Assembly (NCBI RefSeq): GCF_006345805.1
Contig: NC_042998.1
Location: 76,756,001-76,820,000, forward strand
DNA: 64,000 nucleotides
From: Octopus sinensis
Taxonomy: Eukaryota
Direction of reading: 5' to 3'
The position numbers and the translations under genes are program-made. The stretch's first letter is position 1, and each line of letters starts with the position of its first letter. The notes under the pieces are model-generated. The model did no database searches and was not told the origin of the DNA. It worked only from the letters and a program-made list of their open reading frames with translations. Below, in pieces: positions 39,052 to 52,720 of this stretch.

Positions 39052-40369
39052 GGATGAGTAAACAAGCGAAAGAAAGAGGTAGCTCACCTCATTTAAAATA
39101 TAATACGATATGTATAACACATGTTTTAATCTGGTCACTATGTGAACGGTGCGTCGAAATATTCGAACAATGTTAATAGTTTTAGATGTAAGAAAACAAC
39201 AGCAAAGTATTCAGGTAGCTTCAGGGCTGTCTTATTCAAAAGGCTAAATGCCTATATATTTTTCCCACAGGAATACAAGCTGGTGGTAAAGTGCTTTCTA
39301 GACAAGATCAATAAGGACTACATATTCATACACACGCATACACACACACACATACGCATGCGCACGCACACACACAAAATACGCGACACGCTATATAATT
39401 AATACTCTCATAATTATTACTATCTACAAATACTGGAGAAATATAAATCACTATTAGCACAGAATATCAAGTCCTTAGACACCAGTCAGCATTATTATGC
39501 ATCTACACAGAAACCTCAAAAACAAACAAGCAATCAAGCAAAAATTAAAACAGAGATTACGACCGGTCCCTTCACAGTTTATTAAAAAAATGAATCCTTC
39601 GTCAACACTATTCCTTTTAATATCTGTGCGAATAGTTTATGTGTCTTTGTTTGTGGTCTCTCATCTATAACTTGCCTCAGAATGTAATTTCACTTCCGGT
39701 AGAGATTCATTTCGTACAAGATTACACCTTGATGTACGAATTGAGTGTATATACTGGCTATCGCATAACTTAAACGTATTCACCCTAAACCTAATGTGTA
39801 CGATTAAATTTTGTCCGATATAGGTTTCCTAAGCTATTACCTTTCGCTAACTCACACATTTGGAAGATTGATTTCTCTAGTTTAAATATAAACTCGCACT
39901 TTTGATCGACGTTCTTTAATACATTTACTAAGGCTTTATTTCCAAAACAAAATCTATTAGCTTTAAAAACACAAAACTCAACAAAAAACAAACACTCGCT
40001 TTAAGCCATTCAACAGCTTTTCTCTTCCAAATTTTCTTTCATATATGTTCTTTGTTCTTGCATTTCTCTTTCTTTTCATTTAAACTATGCTAGTTAATTA
40101 TCGTTCTATTAAAATTTCTCATATTCTCTGATGAAGCGAGAAGCAGAAACAAATTAGAAATTGGATTAAAATAATTTCATATCATCTTCACATTACACGA
40201 ATTCATCTCAATATGTAAATAAATAGTGAGTTCAATAGCAAATATTCTATTTCAGTTCTTGTACAAGATTTTCTTCTTCACGTTGTTGTGCTTTCATTCA
40301 AAAGAAACGAATAATTGTCTGTGGGTACGTGTGTATGTCTGTATGTACGTAATATGAATATATGTATGT

Positions 40370-40420
<51 letters not shown>

Positions 40421-40507
40421 CAAATAATATATGCATATACTCGCACATATATATTTTTTCTGTATGTGTATATCATGTACACACATATATATAGCACACA
40501 TATGTGC

Positions 40508-40608
<101 letters not shown>

Positions 40609-41391
40609 ATATATACATTTGTATATATATGTATATATAGATATATATTTTGCCCTGGCATGACCGCAGCTTTATAGATGAAATACTTTTAAGATATTTA
40701 AATGTACTTATACACACACTTTCACACACATACTCACACATACATACATATATGCATATGTTTATATATATATATATATATACACAGGCGCACGCGATAA
40801 TTGTGAACTTGTTTGAAAACAGTACGAGATTTAACCGAAGCTGCGTAAATAACGTTCAATCTTGTACTGTTTGAGTACTAGCATGCATTTATTCTATATC
40901 TCGTCTGCTTATTGCACAAATTAATATTTAATTAAATTAGCTTCCAGCATAAGCACTAAAATTATGTGTATTGAGACTTCCAATTCGCTGATACTACCAT
41001 ATTTGGTGGGTTTATAAAAACATTAGTTCTCTATTTCGCTATGGCCAGAAGGCGAATTTGAAATAGAATCGCAGCTAAGTTTGATCATTTACCCTTTTTC
41101 TTTCCGCAGTGAAACACGTAAGAAAACACATTTTATATATCAGGGGAATTATTTACACATTTGTGCGTCGTCTGTTAAATCTCATACCGTTTGAATACAG
41201 GAAGGTATTCAAACAGTATGTCCTTCGTTCACAATTTTGCACATACATACATACATACATACATACATACATACATTGAGCACATTATTGCTAAATGTGA
41301 GAGAATGTATGTGTATGTACATGTACACACATCTCGTACTGTTTTCAAACAAACTCACTATTATCGCGTCCGCCTGTGTATGTGTATACAC

Positions 41392-41474
<83 letters not shown>

Positions 41475-42010
41475 CAGGGTGTCCCCAAAAAATGTATACA
41501 CTTGCTGCAACAGTCTGTCATGCCAAGCATTAGAGAGGACTTTGAACAGGAAGAGTTTTATTTCCAGCAAGATGGGGCACCTCCACACTACCATCGCGAT
41601 GTTAGATCCTTTCTTGATGGGATCTTGCCAAACACGTGGATTGAACGGAGAGGTTTTGTCGAATACCCTCCACGTTCACCAGACCTCACACCACTAGACT
41701 TCTTTTTATGGGGATACCTAAAGGACAAAGTCTACGCACAGAAACCTGCAACAGTCGTTCAATTGAGGGCAATCATTGAACATGAATGTACGAATATCCC
41801 AAGGGAATTGTTCCATGATGTGTGCCATTCCATCGCTTCGCGTTGTCAGCAGTGTCTGGAGCAGAACGGACATCAGTTTGAGAACATGCGATAACAAGAC
41901 AATAGAATGATATTTGTAAATTATTTTACATGTTGAAAATTATTCGAATTATAATAAACCCCAAATTTACAATTATTTAAGGTGTGTATACATTTTTTGG
42001 GGACACCCAG
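41475..42010 (+). mobile_element. Internally deleted Tc1/mariner element of the DD41D type with both TIRs
   Basis: 27-bp TIRs cagggtgtccccaaaaaatgtatacac / gtgtatacattttttggggacacccag (1 mismatch) with TA flanks; FQQDGAPPH...PPRSPDLTPLDFFLWGYLK has 41 residues between the last two catalytic Asp. Confidence 0.93.
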
Positions 42011-42033
42011 TATATATATATATATATAATATA

Positions 42034-42101
<68 letters not shown>

Positions 42102-42112
42102 TATATTATATT

Positions 42113-42660
42113 CTCATGCTGCATGATATGGTGGCCAGAACTGTCTGGGACAGGATAACAAAAAAGAAAACCCCTACAAACGAAGTTGACCATATTGTGA
42201 CCAATGAGTCAAAAACATATTGGTGGAACTTAAAAATTAAAACAGCCACTAAGTTAAAACAAAATCGGGCAAATATCGTTGTATAGGATCCCAAAGGTGA
42301 GACATGTTCTGTTATGGAAATCTGCTGCCCTCTGGACACGATGGGCTTAGAAAAATACTAGAGAAAGAGAACATCTATGGGTCATTGATAACGATTTAGG
42401 AAATCCAGTATTCATGGCATACTTTCAGCTTCATCCCTATTATTTGTTTTTGGAATAACAAGATACATACTAATCTGCCTGGTGCTGAACATGGGCTGAA
42501 CATGGGCTGAACATGGGATCTTGGGGAGAAAATGCAAATCCTTAAATCATATGCTACAAACGATCATGATGTCTGGGACGAGAAAAACTCTGCAAAAGGA
42601 TGATGGTTAAAAGAGATGCTGTCTTTAACACCCTTGCTATCAAGTAGGTGACCGGTAAAA
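42113..42660 (+). pseudogene. Degenerate REL-endonuclease region of a non-LTR element
   Basis: LHDMVARTVW...YWWNLKIKTATKLKQNRANIVV*DPKGETCSVMEICCPLD fits the RHD/PD REL layout. Confidence 0.6.
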
Positions 42661-43049
42661 TTTACAATAAATTAAACAGATAATTAGAAAAACACAAGTA
42701 CGTTCGTACGTCCGTATGTATGTATGTATGTATGTTTGTATGTATGTATGTATGTATGTATGTATGTATGTATGTATGTATGTGTGTATGTATATATGTA
42801 TGTATTTATCTATCTATCTACCCTTTCTCTTTTCCTATCTATCTCTCTCTCTCTATATATATATATACATACACACATACATACATATACACGCATACAT
42901 ACATATGTACGTGGTGAAGTCACTTTTTTGATCCTCTAAACTCCAAAACCTCAACATCGAAACCTTTTCGGGCTTTGCGATTTGCAATGCAAATTGTTGA
43001 CAATAGTTTCTTATTTCGTACCTAAGTTTTCAATTGTCAGCGATAATAT

Positions 43050-44400
43050 TGAAAGATATAAGTCATTGTTTTGCGACATCACGAAATCTGTATTATGTCG
43101 CTTCTAAAACAATTACTGAGAATTATTACACGTAAATTCTGAAAACTAATGTAATGTGCAACCCAGCGCCTATAATACCTGATAAAGCGAGCTTTCATTC
43201 TGAACAGCTTCCTTTGTTTGGCTCTTTTCTGTCTGATATATATGATATCCAACTGATAATTAACACACATCTTAAGCATTTGTAGTGTCATGCTTTTAGT
43301 GTGCCGTCGAAATGGTTTCCATATCTGAGAGAATCATAGTAACCAAGGGGAGAAGCAAACAATACAACTGAAACCTTGGTGAGAAGCTTCAAATCCTCAG
43401 ACAAAGCTCATTTCTCGAACATTCGAACGCAACTGAAACATTTTCAATTCTCAAATTGACCATAGAAGCCAAGTGTCCATCACTGAAGACAGAACTGTCG
43501 ACGTATACAAAATACTATTAAATTAAGTGTCGCTATAGACAAGTATATTTGGTTCCACATATGGCTGACCTACAGTAGTTATAAAGATCATACACAATTT
43601 TATCGGGCTTACTGCAAGTTCAAAGGTAATAAGAGCTCTAATACACCTCTACTGTCAAGAGGTGCATATGCATTACTTTTTGCTGATCATATTCCAAGTG
43701 AATCACAAATTCTCAAAGGTCAGGGAACAAGAAAAATTGCGATCTACTGCTATGACGGTCTTAGTTTTAACTTTGAGATTTGAAGCGATTTATACTGAAA
43801 AATTACCTATTGTGCGACAGCGGACAAAGAAACCTAATTACTAGTCCTGAAATACATGGATCATTACAACTGCAAGGTATAAGCAGAAAAAGTTGGCACA
43901 AATATGTATGCCTTTGCGTGACGCAATTTTCTACGGAAATTTGTTCTGATGGAACATATATTTAAACTAGGCCTTCATGCCAATGTCCGTTTGGAGAAAC
44001 AAGATAATAATCGTAGGAGGACATCTTAACTTTTCTAGACTTATCCTCACTGTCTCTCTATCAGGTGAGTCAAAATATTTTGCACCGTCACGAAAGAGAC
44101 AACTTTATGAAAATTATCTGTCGTCGTCAGATATTTATGATCCTTTATGTGATGTTCCTACACCATTTAAATCCCCATTGAAATTCTATGTCAACCATGG
44201 GATAGGTGTGCTTGCAAAAAACAAACCTCGAATCTGGTGAATACTTACCGGATGTCGCAAAGCAAAGAAATAAAAATACACGCAAGACACGTTTTGCTTT
44301 CAAAGCCGATATCAACTGTACACGTTGGCAACGAATGTCGGTGCAAAATCTGAACTAATACTTTATCACAAAAATCATTTAAACTCAAATGGTACACTAT
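43050..44400 (+). pseudogene. Possible heavily decayed piggyBac-like transposase
   Basis: Scattered frame-broken pieces resemble piggyBac motifs (TVD..., CRYRQ, GQRNLIT, TMG.GV, C-terminal Cys-rich TRKT); no TTAA-bounded TIRs found. Confidence 0.35.
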
Positions 44401-44996
44401 TAGTTCACGGTCATTTTTCATTAATTGTTGTTTACAGTCAATTTTTGTTGATATTACGTGAAAGTCTTCCAGAAAATTTTAAGCTATAGACAATGTGCTA
44501 TTAGAAAGATATGTGAAAATTCTATCGCCTCAAAATACCTGTCTTTAAATCACAGGCAAATGATAAGTAATGTGAAAGGACTAAATGTCTGGTTTCAAAG
44601 AAGGTACAATCTAGAGAAATACTGTTTATTAATAGCTAGGTGATCTTTTGTGGTTGTACTCCACCAACACGTATACATTTTAGTACTCGATTCTCTGATT
44701 TATGAGGTTTCATCGAAGTTTCTATCAGATGAGAGGCCTTACGGTATCTATTCCCATCATTGTTTTCTGAATTTAAATCTCACCTAGAATAATATGGGCA
44801 CAGGTGAAATACCATTGATGAATGTGTCATTTCATTTCATACATAGAGAGAAAATTCACGAAATATAGAACTTTACATTATGTAACAGGCTTTGCAACCT
44901 CTGATATCATAATACATACATACATACATACATACATACATACATACATACATACATACATACATACATACATACATACATACACACACACACGCA

Positions 44997-45033
<37 letters not shown>

Positions 45034-45529
45034 AAAGAAGAGTTGTATTCCCACGCAGTAAAAATATAGGAGAATTTGTTTTTGAAAGTGCGCAAAAAGA
45101 ATGTCAATTCTTATAAAACAGTCGCAGAGAGAAATTCACTATCTTTGCTAAAGGTATGTATGAATGATCTTATTTCTTGGATAATCTGTCTGAAATCTCT
45201 ATCTGTGTTTATTATCAGTTACTTAGTTTAAGTTTACACAACGTCCCCTTTGGAAATTAGTATATGTAATCAGTTGACTCTTGACTTGCCAATAAAGCAA
45301 TGTTTCGGATGAAAAATTCTATAACTTGCAAGGTAGACTGAAGTTATAATTTGATGTATTACGTTCTACTATTTCAACCATATAAATTTGTGTCTATGTC
45401 TTATCAGCAAATTTCCTAAAAGGGAACATATGTTGGTCGCTTCAAGTTATGAATCTAGCATAAAATACGAAAGCAATACATTATACAGAAAAAAAAAAAT
45501 AAAGGAATAAAACTATTGAAAATATAACC

Positions 45530-46107
45530 TTACTTTTTACTCCACTCGTTTGTGTTTGAATGTAGGGGTTTTCTGATTGCACCCCTCCCATAAAATCCAG
45601 CTATGTTCAGCTCCCGCGCAAACAGTTTTTGTGGAAACTCGAGGTGGTCATTAAGCTCTGCAGTAATTTTGGAAGCTGTACTTTTGTGATCCTTTCTAAC
45701 AATTCGTGTAAGAGTCCGATGATCCCTATCTGAAAGTTTTGGTTTTCTTCCGGAGTTTTGGTTTCGACGAGGTTTCTCCCTCTTTCTCAAAGACTGTTAT
45801 TACTTTCGAGACAGTACTTCTTGATACACCAAACATTTCGGCTGTTTTCATTACGCTAGCGCCTGCCATACGAGCACCAACAATTTGACCTCTTTGAAAG
45901 TCTGATAGATATGTCATTTTAATGAATTTTAATTACCTTTTTCTGATAATATCTGTAAAGAAACTTCAATTTTAGCAAAACGTCTTAAGCAACAATAATA
46001 ATAATTCAAACAACATAAAAATAAAAAAGCTTTTGACGGTTTTATAGCTATTTCAAAATTATGATGGTATAATTGGTAGGTGTTTCCATTATTTTTTCCA
46101 ACCCCTG
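45530..46107 (-). mobile_element. 5' fragment of a Tc1-like transposon
   Basis: LSDFQRGQIVGARMAGASVMKTAEMFGVSRSTVSKV and SGRKPKLSDRDHRTLTRIV (paired HTH); single TIR caggggttggaaaaaataatggaaacacc. Confidence 0.85.
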
Positions 46108-46109
46108 CA

Positions 46110-46268
46110 TGTGACTGTGTGGTAAGTAGCTTGCTTACCAACCACATGGTCCTGGGTTCGTTTCCACTGCGTGGCACCTTGGGCAAATGTCTCCTACTAT
46201 AGCCTCGGGCCGACCAAATCCTTGTGCGTGGATTTGGTAGACGGAAACTAAAGAAGCCTGTCGTATAT

Positions 46269-46360
<92 letters not shown>

Positions 46361-46562
46361 GTGTGTGTCTGTGTTTGTCTCCACAACATCGCTTGACAAC
46401 CGATGCTGGTGTGTTTACCTCCCCGTAACTTAGCGGTTCGGCAAAAGAGACCGATAGAATAAGTACTAGGCTGACAAAGATTAAGTTCTGGGGGCGATTT
46501 GCTCGACTAAATGCGGTCCCCGGAGCATGGCCGCAGTCAAATGACTGAAACAAGTAAAAGAG
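46110..46562 (+). mobile_element. Full-length tRNA-derived SINE with an internal TA/TG microsatellite
   Basis: A-box-like tgactgtgtggtaag and B-box-like gggttcgtttcc; tail gcatggccgcagtcaaatgactgaaacaagtaaaag. Confidence 0.88.
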
Positions 46563-47612
46563 TATATTATATATATATCTATAAACAATTCCAGCCTTTT
46601 ATTAAACTTATAATTCACGTGTAAATATCTAGAAAAGACAGATAAATTTAATGAAACAAAAATTAACCACAAAAATAATAGGGTTATCTAATCAAAAATT
46701 AAAAATTAATAATTACAAACCGATATATTATCTGCTAAAAAGTAATAAATGTCCTTATTTAAACATAATAATTTGGTAATATCAAACGAAATTAAAAGAA
46801 TAAAAAGAAAAGGCAAATCTTTTGTTTACAAAATAGCTGTCTACAAGTAAAACAGCAAAGCGGAGAAAGAGAAGGAGTATCAGTGAAGGGAGATGATAGA
46901 AAATAGTAAATCAGTGAAGGAGTGGCGTAGAGAGTAATAGCCATGAAAGAGTGAAAGAAAGTAATAATCTTTTGAGAAAGAACGCAAGGGAGAAAGGAAG
47001 GGCGAATAAAGTAAAAGACAGCCATTCAACTCTGTGAGAGAATATGTGTATATGTATGATGTATGCGTGCATGTGCGCGTCTGTGTGTGTGTGTGAATGT
47101 GTGAGTGTGTGCGTGCGTAATGGTAACGTACAACTCTGAAAATATAAACTGACATCATTCCAGTTCTGTTTGAGTATGTGTATGTATGTGTGTGCTTGTG
47201 AAATACGTGAATGCTTGTGTCTGTGATTATTCTGTATTTAATTTTGTACCTTGTTGAAATAACAATTAGCTAGCAATTATAAACGGCACGGGGTCAGCTA
47301 ATGAATAAATATAGAAATATCAAAACGGTAGTAAGATAATTAAATGAATTAAATATTAAAATCCACTGTCTCACAATCAAAGATGAAAAAAATTAAAATA
47401 CACACAAAATTAAATTACAAAACTGAATTAAAAAATTAACAATGAATTTTTTTTAATTTTAAAATTTATAAAAAAAATTTAGAATTTGAAAATTAAAAGA
47501 AACATGCAAGAGAAACCAACTTGAGTAGTAAAAACAAAGGGTGAAACCGAAATGATCAAACTCGCAAAAATCACTACACCATCTAATAAAACACCTATAA
47601 TAGATAACCAGG

Positions 47613-48032
47613 ATCTTTTCGGTTTGAACGGCAGTTTTTTAAAATAATTTCCAAGTAACTAAACACTTTTAAACTTTGTATACTGTTCGAATGTGTTTAT
47701 AAAACATCTTTTTCTCTTGGCTTTATTGAGAAAATTCTATAGTTTGTAAGATATTTGTTGTTTTTTCTTCAATTTCTGCAATTTCAACCAATCAATGACG
47801 TCTATTGAGGTAAAAAAAAACATTCTGTGCCGTATGAATATGTCCCTCATTTAAGAAACAGATTGGGTTTATTTACATTTGTGAAGAAAAAAAGATACCC
47901 TTCCCCCCGCCCCTAACCCTAACCCTAACCCTAAAACAGATTGAAAGGCAATAGATCGATACTAGAGTCATAATTATGGGTGACAATTTCATATGACACC
48001 ACTAGGAAAACTGCCGTTCAAACCGAAAAGAT
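47613..48032. mobile_element. MITE with 26-bp perfect TIRs and internal (CCCTAA)4
   Basis: atcttttcggtttgaacggcagtttt / aaaactgccgttcaaaccgaaaagat; telomere-type repeats at 47911-47934. Confidence 0.88.
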
Positions 48033-48059
48033 ACGACAACCTTAATTAAAATTTTTAAA

Positions 48060-49330
48060 CATGCATTTATTCTTATGAACACAGAAAAATACCCCTTTCA
48101 GATTTAGTGCTTAGCAACCTTCTTCTAGAAAATAGAATCAAAAATAATTCCTCAGAACAAAGGGAGCAGAACCTATTACCAATCCCATAACCCGGGACCA
48201 CCCCTAAAATGCTCCATTCAATAACGTACGTTTTATTATTATCTTCAAAATTCAAGAGGAAATTACTAAGACTAGTAGATGAAGTCCTATTTCTGTTCCT
48301 AAAGGAATGGCAATGATTCGAAACCCTTTTCTTAATATAATTAGCAAAAGAACCAATATAGAAGTAATCATTACCTCCGGAAATAACTTTAACCTTATAG
48401 ACGACTTCCTACGCTTACAAAAATTACCAAATAAACAGTTTTCTTTGTTTCTACAATCACAAAGGGAATTCTCACCCCTATTTGTACCTTCAACAAATGA
48501 ATTATCATTAAGTGAAAGGCTATTACCACCACTATTATTGAAATTTATATTAGAAATAGAATTCAAACCATCGCTGTCGAACTGGCTATTAGGAAAATCA
48601 TTAACATTGGTACTTATGGAATTAGATATTAATAGAAGAAATAATCTGAAATAAATTCCGAGAGACCCGAAAAAGCAACCTTAATGGATCTCTGATTAAA
48701 AATCTCATAATATCTTTTTTATTGAAATGTTTTAAAAGCTATTTATACATCGCCCCAACTAAGTTACTTTTTAACTGACTGGCAAATAGAATACCATACC
48801 AAATAATGTTACTTCTGTCCAAAACTAAATTAGAATAACCTAAATTATTCACCTTATAGACTAACTTAGAATTATAAACTTTTATTACTATATTTATGTT
48901 TGTGAACATTAGTATCTGGAATTAAAGGATTACTCTTATAGTAGTTATGCACACTTCCTGATTTATATTTACCCTTCCGTTTAGGTTTGAGACATTTAAA
49001 ATCGAATCCATACCTTTACTAGTAAGTTTCCGTTTATCAGTGTAATTATTGCTAGGTATTCAATTTTCCTATTGTAACCGGCCTTTTTAAGGGCTATATT
49101 ATGGTGATCAGCATTCCTATGAAAAACTTCCTTACAAGAGGATAATGCAGAAATTCTTCTAGAAATATTGTAAATTAGAATTTTTTTTTACACACCCTGG
49201 ACGATTTCTTTCTGAATTAATATATTTCAGATTAGAGTTAGGCTTATGATAAGGTTTGTAAATATGAGTAATTAAATTGAAGTTGACAGATTCATGCTCA
49301 TTTACTATGGTGATAGAAAAACCGAAGGGA
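48060..49330 (-). mobile_element. Degenerate Penelope-like element (RT C-terminus plus GIY-YIG endonuclease)
   Basis: YKPYHKPNSNLKY (RT thumb); CDCRNKENCLF, VYKVKV...YFYIGS...KKRVSNH, IEWSIL...FCSLCSEELFLIL across frameshifts. Confidence 0.8.
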
Positions 49331-49748
49331 TACTTCTTTATACATAGATCCTATTTCCTATTTGTGATATTCCTATTTGTGAAAGTTTATAATGGATATG
49401 ACAAATTGTTGCTAACAGAATACTAGACGACTGATAGCCATATTAATAACAGTAGTTAAGGCACAAGCTCTCTTATTGAGAATTTTGTTTATAAAATGAA
49501 AACGGATAATATGCATATGCTTTATGGGTAATATTATGTTTAAACAATATGCAGATGTGTATTTGTGCATTTAGAGACGTAAAAAATGAACAGGAGAAAA
49601 GCAAGAACGAAATATATAGAGAAACGGATGTTGTACAAGATTATATACATTAAAGGTTCACATTTATTAACAATACATATAAGATGTCTTTATTATTGTG
49701 AAACCACTAACGAGTCATAAATGCGTCTGCTTATTTATTCCGATATAG

Positions 49749-49913
49749 ATTTTAAAAGAAAATAAAAGTGAACACAAGAGGCGACCCAAGCCCAAAGATG
49801 GTTCAAAGCTCACGTGCCGTGTATGTGGAGATGTTGCTTTAGGATACAACTTTGATGCTATTACGTGTGAATCGTGCAAAGCATTTTTCAGGCGGAATGC
49901 TCTGAAGAAGAAG
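49749..49913 (+). CDS. Nuclear receptor exon: first zinc finger
   Basis: tag|[55 protein letters not shown]|gttagt. Confidence 0.92.
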
Positions 49914-49980
49914 GTTAGTATTACATAATATATATCACAATGTACAAGAATATAATACACACATATACACCTGTATATCT

Positions 49981-50011
<31 letters not shown>

Positions 50012-50040
50012 TCTATATCTATATATATATCTATATCTAT

Positions 50041-50103
<63 letters not shown>

Positions 50104-50165
50104 GTATATATATATATGTATATATATATATTGTTATATTTCGGAATGGTCATATTTAAACGTAC

Positions 50166-50233
<68 letters not shown>

Positions 50234-52669
50234 TGTATGTGTGTGTATATGTGTGTGTGTTTGTGTGTGTGTGTATAAAATATACATTTACGTGTTTATT
50301 TATATCTATTGTGACTGTGAACTGCAGTTACTGATAACATATTTTGATCCTAAATAGCATAAAAATGTAAGCAAATGAAAAATAAATTCAGTTATCGCTT
50401 CCACCAGACTCCTTAAATGATATATTTCTTTTCAGGTTTTTATTTGTACATTTGAAAATAAATGCCACCTAGACCAGCACACCCGTAAATTCTGCGCCAG
50501 TTGTCGGTTGAAGCGTTGTTTTGAAGTGGGAATGAAGAAAAACTGGATATTAAGTAAGTGAAAGTGAATGCGAGAAGTAATGAGTGTCTATAGTAGTAAG
50601 TGGGAAAGGAATGAATAATATTGACCAGGAAACACAGATGAGGGCAGCGGCATCGACCTCCCTCATTGACCAAATGTTACATATCACAGGAGGTTTCAAA
50701 TAATGGTGTAGCACAGTCAAAGGTGGTGCCCTAATATGAGCACAACTTTGAAGCTGAAACATTTTAAAGAATTAAAGAAAAATATAAATGTTACTGTTAA
50801 ATTTATTTGTGAATATTGATATGAAAGATGAATGGAGAGATATAATTGATCTGCGCGTCACAAATAAAGTGTTTAAGCAAAATGCGGTCACAGTGCTGTT
50901 CGTTTATTTACTACAAATGAAAGTGAAGCCTTTTTTTTCATCAGATCCTGCTATTTAAGAATAAAGGAAAGATATATTAGAATAAAGTTTTTCTATGCCG
51001 AAATGAATAGGACATGGGAAGTCTGAATCGTGTTTGTACATAGCCCCACCCAGCCAAGTATGAGCAGTTCAAATTAACACTAACACCAACGTAACAACGT
51101 TTGGCTATCAATATTCACAAATAAATTTAACAGTAACATTTATATTTTTCTGTATGTTACATGTAAGCTGTTATATATAACTGATAGGAAAATAACACCT
51201 ACTTAGGGCAATACTCAAACAGTAATTATAAAATTCCTCTTGATGAATCTTAAATATAAAATATAAATTCTTGTATTGGTTTATATTGTTTTCAACCTGA
51301 CATCTCAACATTACAAAATTCGAGGTACAAGCTTTTTTTTACAGATTAAAAATGAATTGAAGTTTAATAATTGGAGTTCAGAATTTCAATAATATCATTT
51401 TTTTATTCTAGTTTTATTAAGAAAAAAGAAAAGAAAAGAGTTAATAGAAAATCTTTAAATGTTTTACGAACTTGTGAAACTAGCGCTAAAGATCGGGTGC
51501 TTTTAGGCATGAGGCAGATTTTAAAAAATTGCTCTGCAATTATGCTATCAATCTATCATCAATATCATTCTAAAATGTCTGATACCTATTTTTCGATCTA
51601 CATGAATGAAAGGACATAAAATTGATATTTACAATATTAGAGGCATTTATGAACAGGAAAGGAATATAGTGACTTGCGTAATGAGGATAGTAGTGATGAT
51701 GACGATGATGAGTGTATTCTTTCCTTTTTTTTACTTTTCTACTCTTGCTCTAAAACACTCTCATTTGTTGATTACAGACGAAGACCAATTGAAGAAAAGA
51801 AGACAGAAGTTAAACATGGCGAAAAGAAACAAATCAAAAACACTCCACCCCTCTTTACCATCACCTTCCAGTTCCTGTTCGAGTCAGTCGAACATGTCGG
51901 TGACTTCAAACTGGTCATATAACGGTAGTTTTGAATACTTCAGAGATATGAGTCCTTTTACATGTTACCGACCAATAGTCGAATCAGAATTCAGACAGAT
52001 CATTTTGCCTGTTGACAAATATTCTATTCTATCAGATGTGTATTGGAATATGTTGACCACTAACAAACAGGGCCGGCATATTCTGTCTTCGCTGAGGTTG
52101 CTTGTTGAACACCACGAGAGATTGTTCAATAATTATTATAGATACGGCGGAGATATAATTTCTAATTTACCTAACGAGCCCATTGACTATATGAACAGAG
52201 CTATTACATTGCTGATATCATTCATGAGAAGTTTACCAGAATTTCAAGCATTGTCGCATGAAGATTACATGACAATATTTATGGTGTGTATATAACTATG
52301 TTTATTATGTTTTTGTTAATCATTTAAACTTTTATTATTATATTTTGTTTATACTTCCTTAACCCTTTCAATCTCTTTCTACTAAAGTTCTTCCACTTTT
52401 CTTTTATTTATAAATTAATTATATAACTGAGTCTGGTCTAAATTTATTATAACACATTAACATATTTAACATATTAATATATTCATGTTCGATTTTATAT
52501 TTCTCGTCCTATTTCTCGATGTGTACCTGAATTTCACTCACTTCATTGTTACACATCCGAGCCTGCAGCCCCTCCACTTTTCTTTGTGCATATATTTATA
52601 ATGCCAAAGCATAGTATTATTATTATTAATATATATATATTCACATATATAAATATATGCATATATATA

Positions 52670-52720
<51 letters not shown>

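Noticed and set aside
42484-42517. Three copies of gctgaacatgg
   Set aside because: Local slippage inside a decayed retroelement.
47298-47335. CUAAUGA...AAAAC GGUA GUA motif, and similar weak motifs near 6140, 24575, 26172, 39560 and 58835
   Set aside because: Two or more essential core bases are changed or half the core is missing; cannot be separated from chance in AT-rich DNA without family alignments.
47911-47934. True telomere or chromosome-fusion scar
   Set aside because: Only four repeats, enclosed within MITE TIRs.
51606-51777. N-terminal part of the 229-aa ORF as coding sequence
   Set aside because: It lies upstream of the splice acceptor at 51777 and includes the polypyrimidine tract; an intronic open frame.
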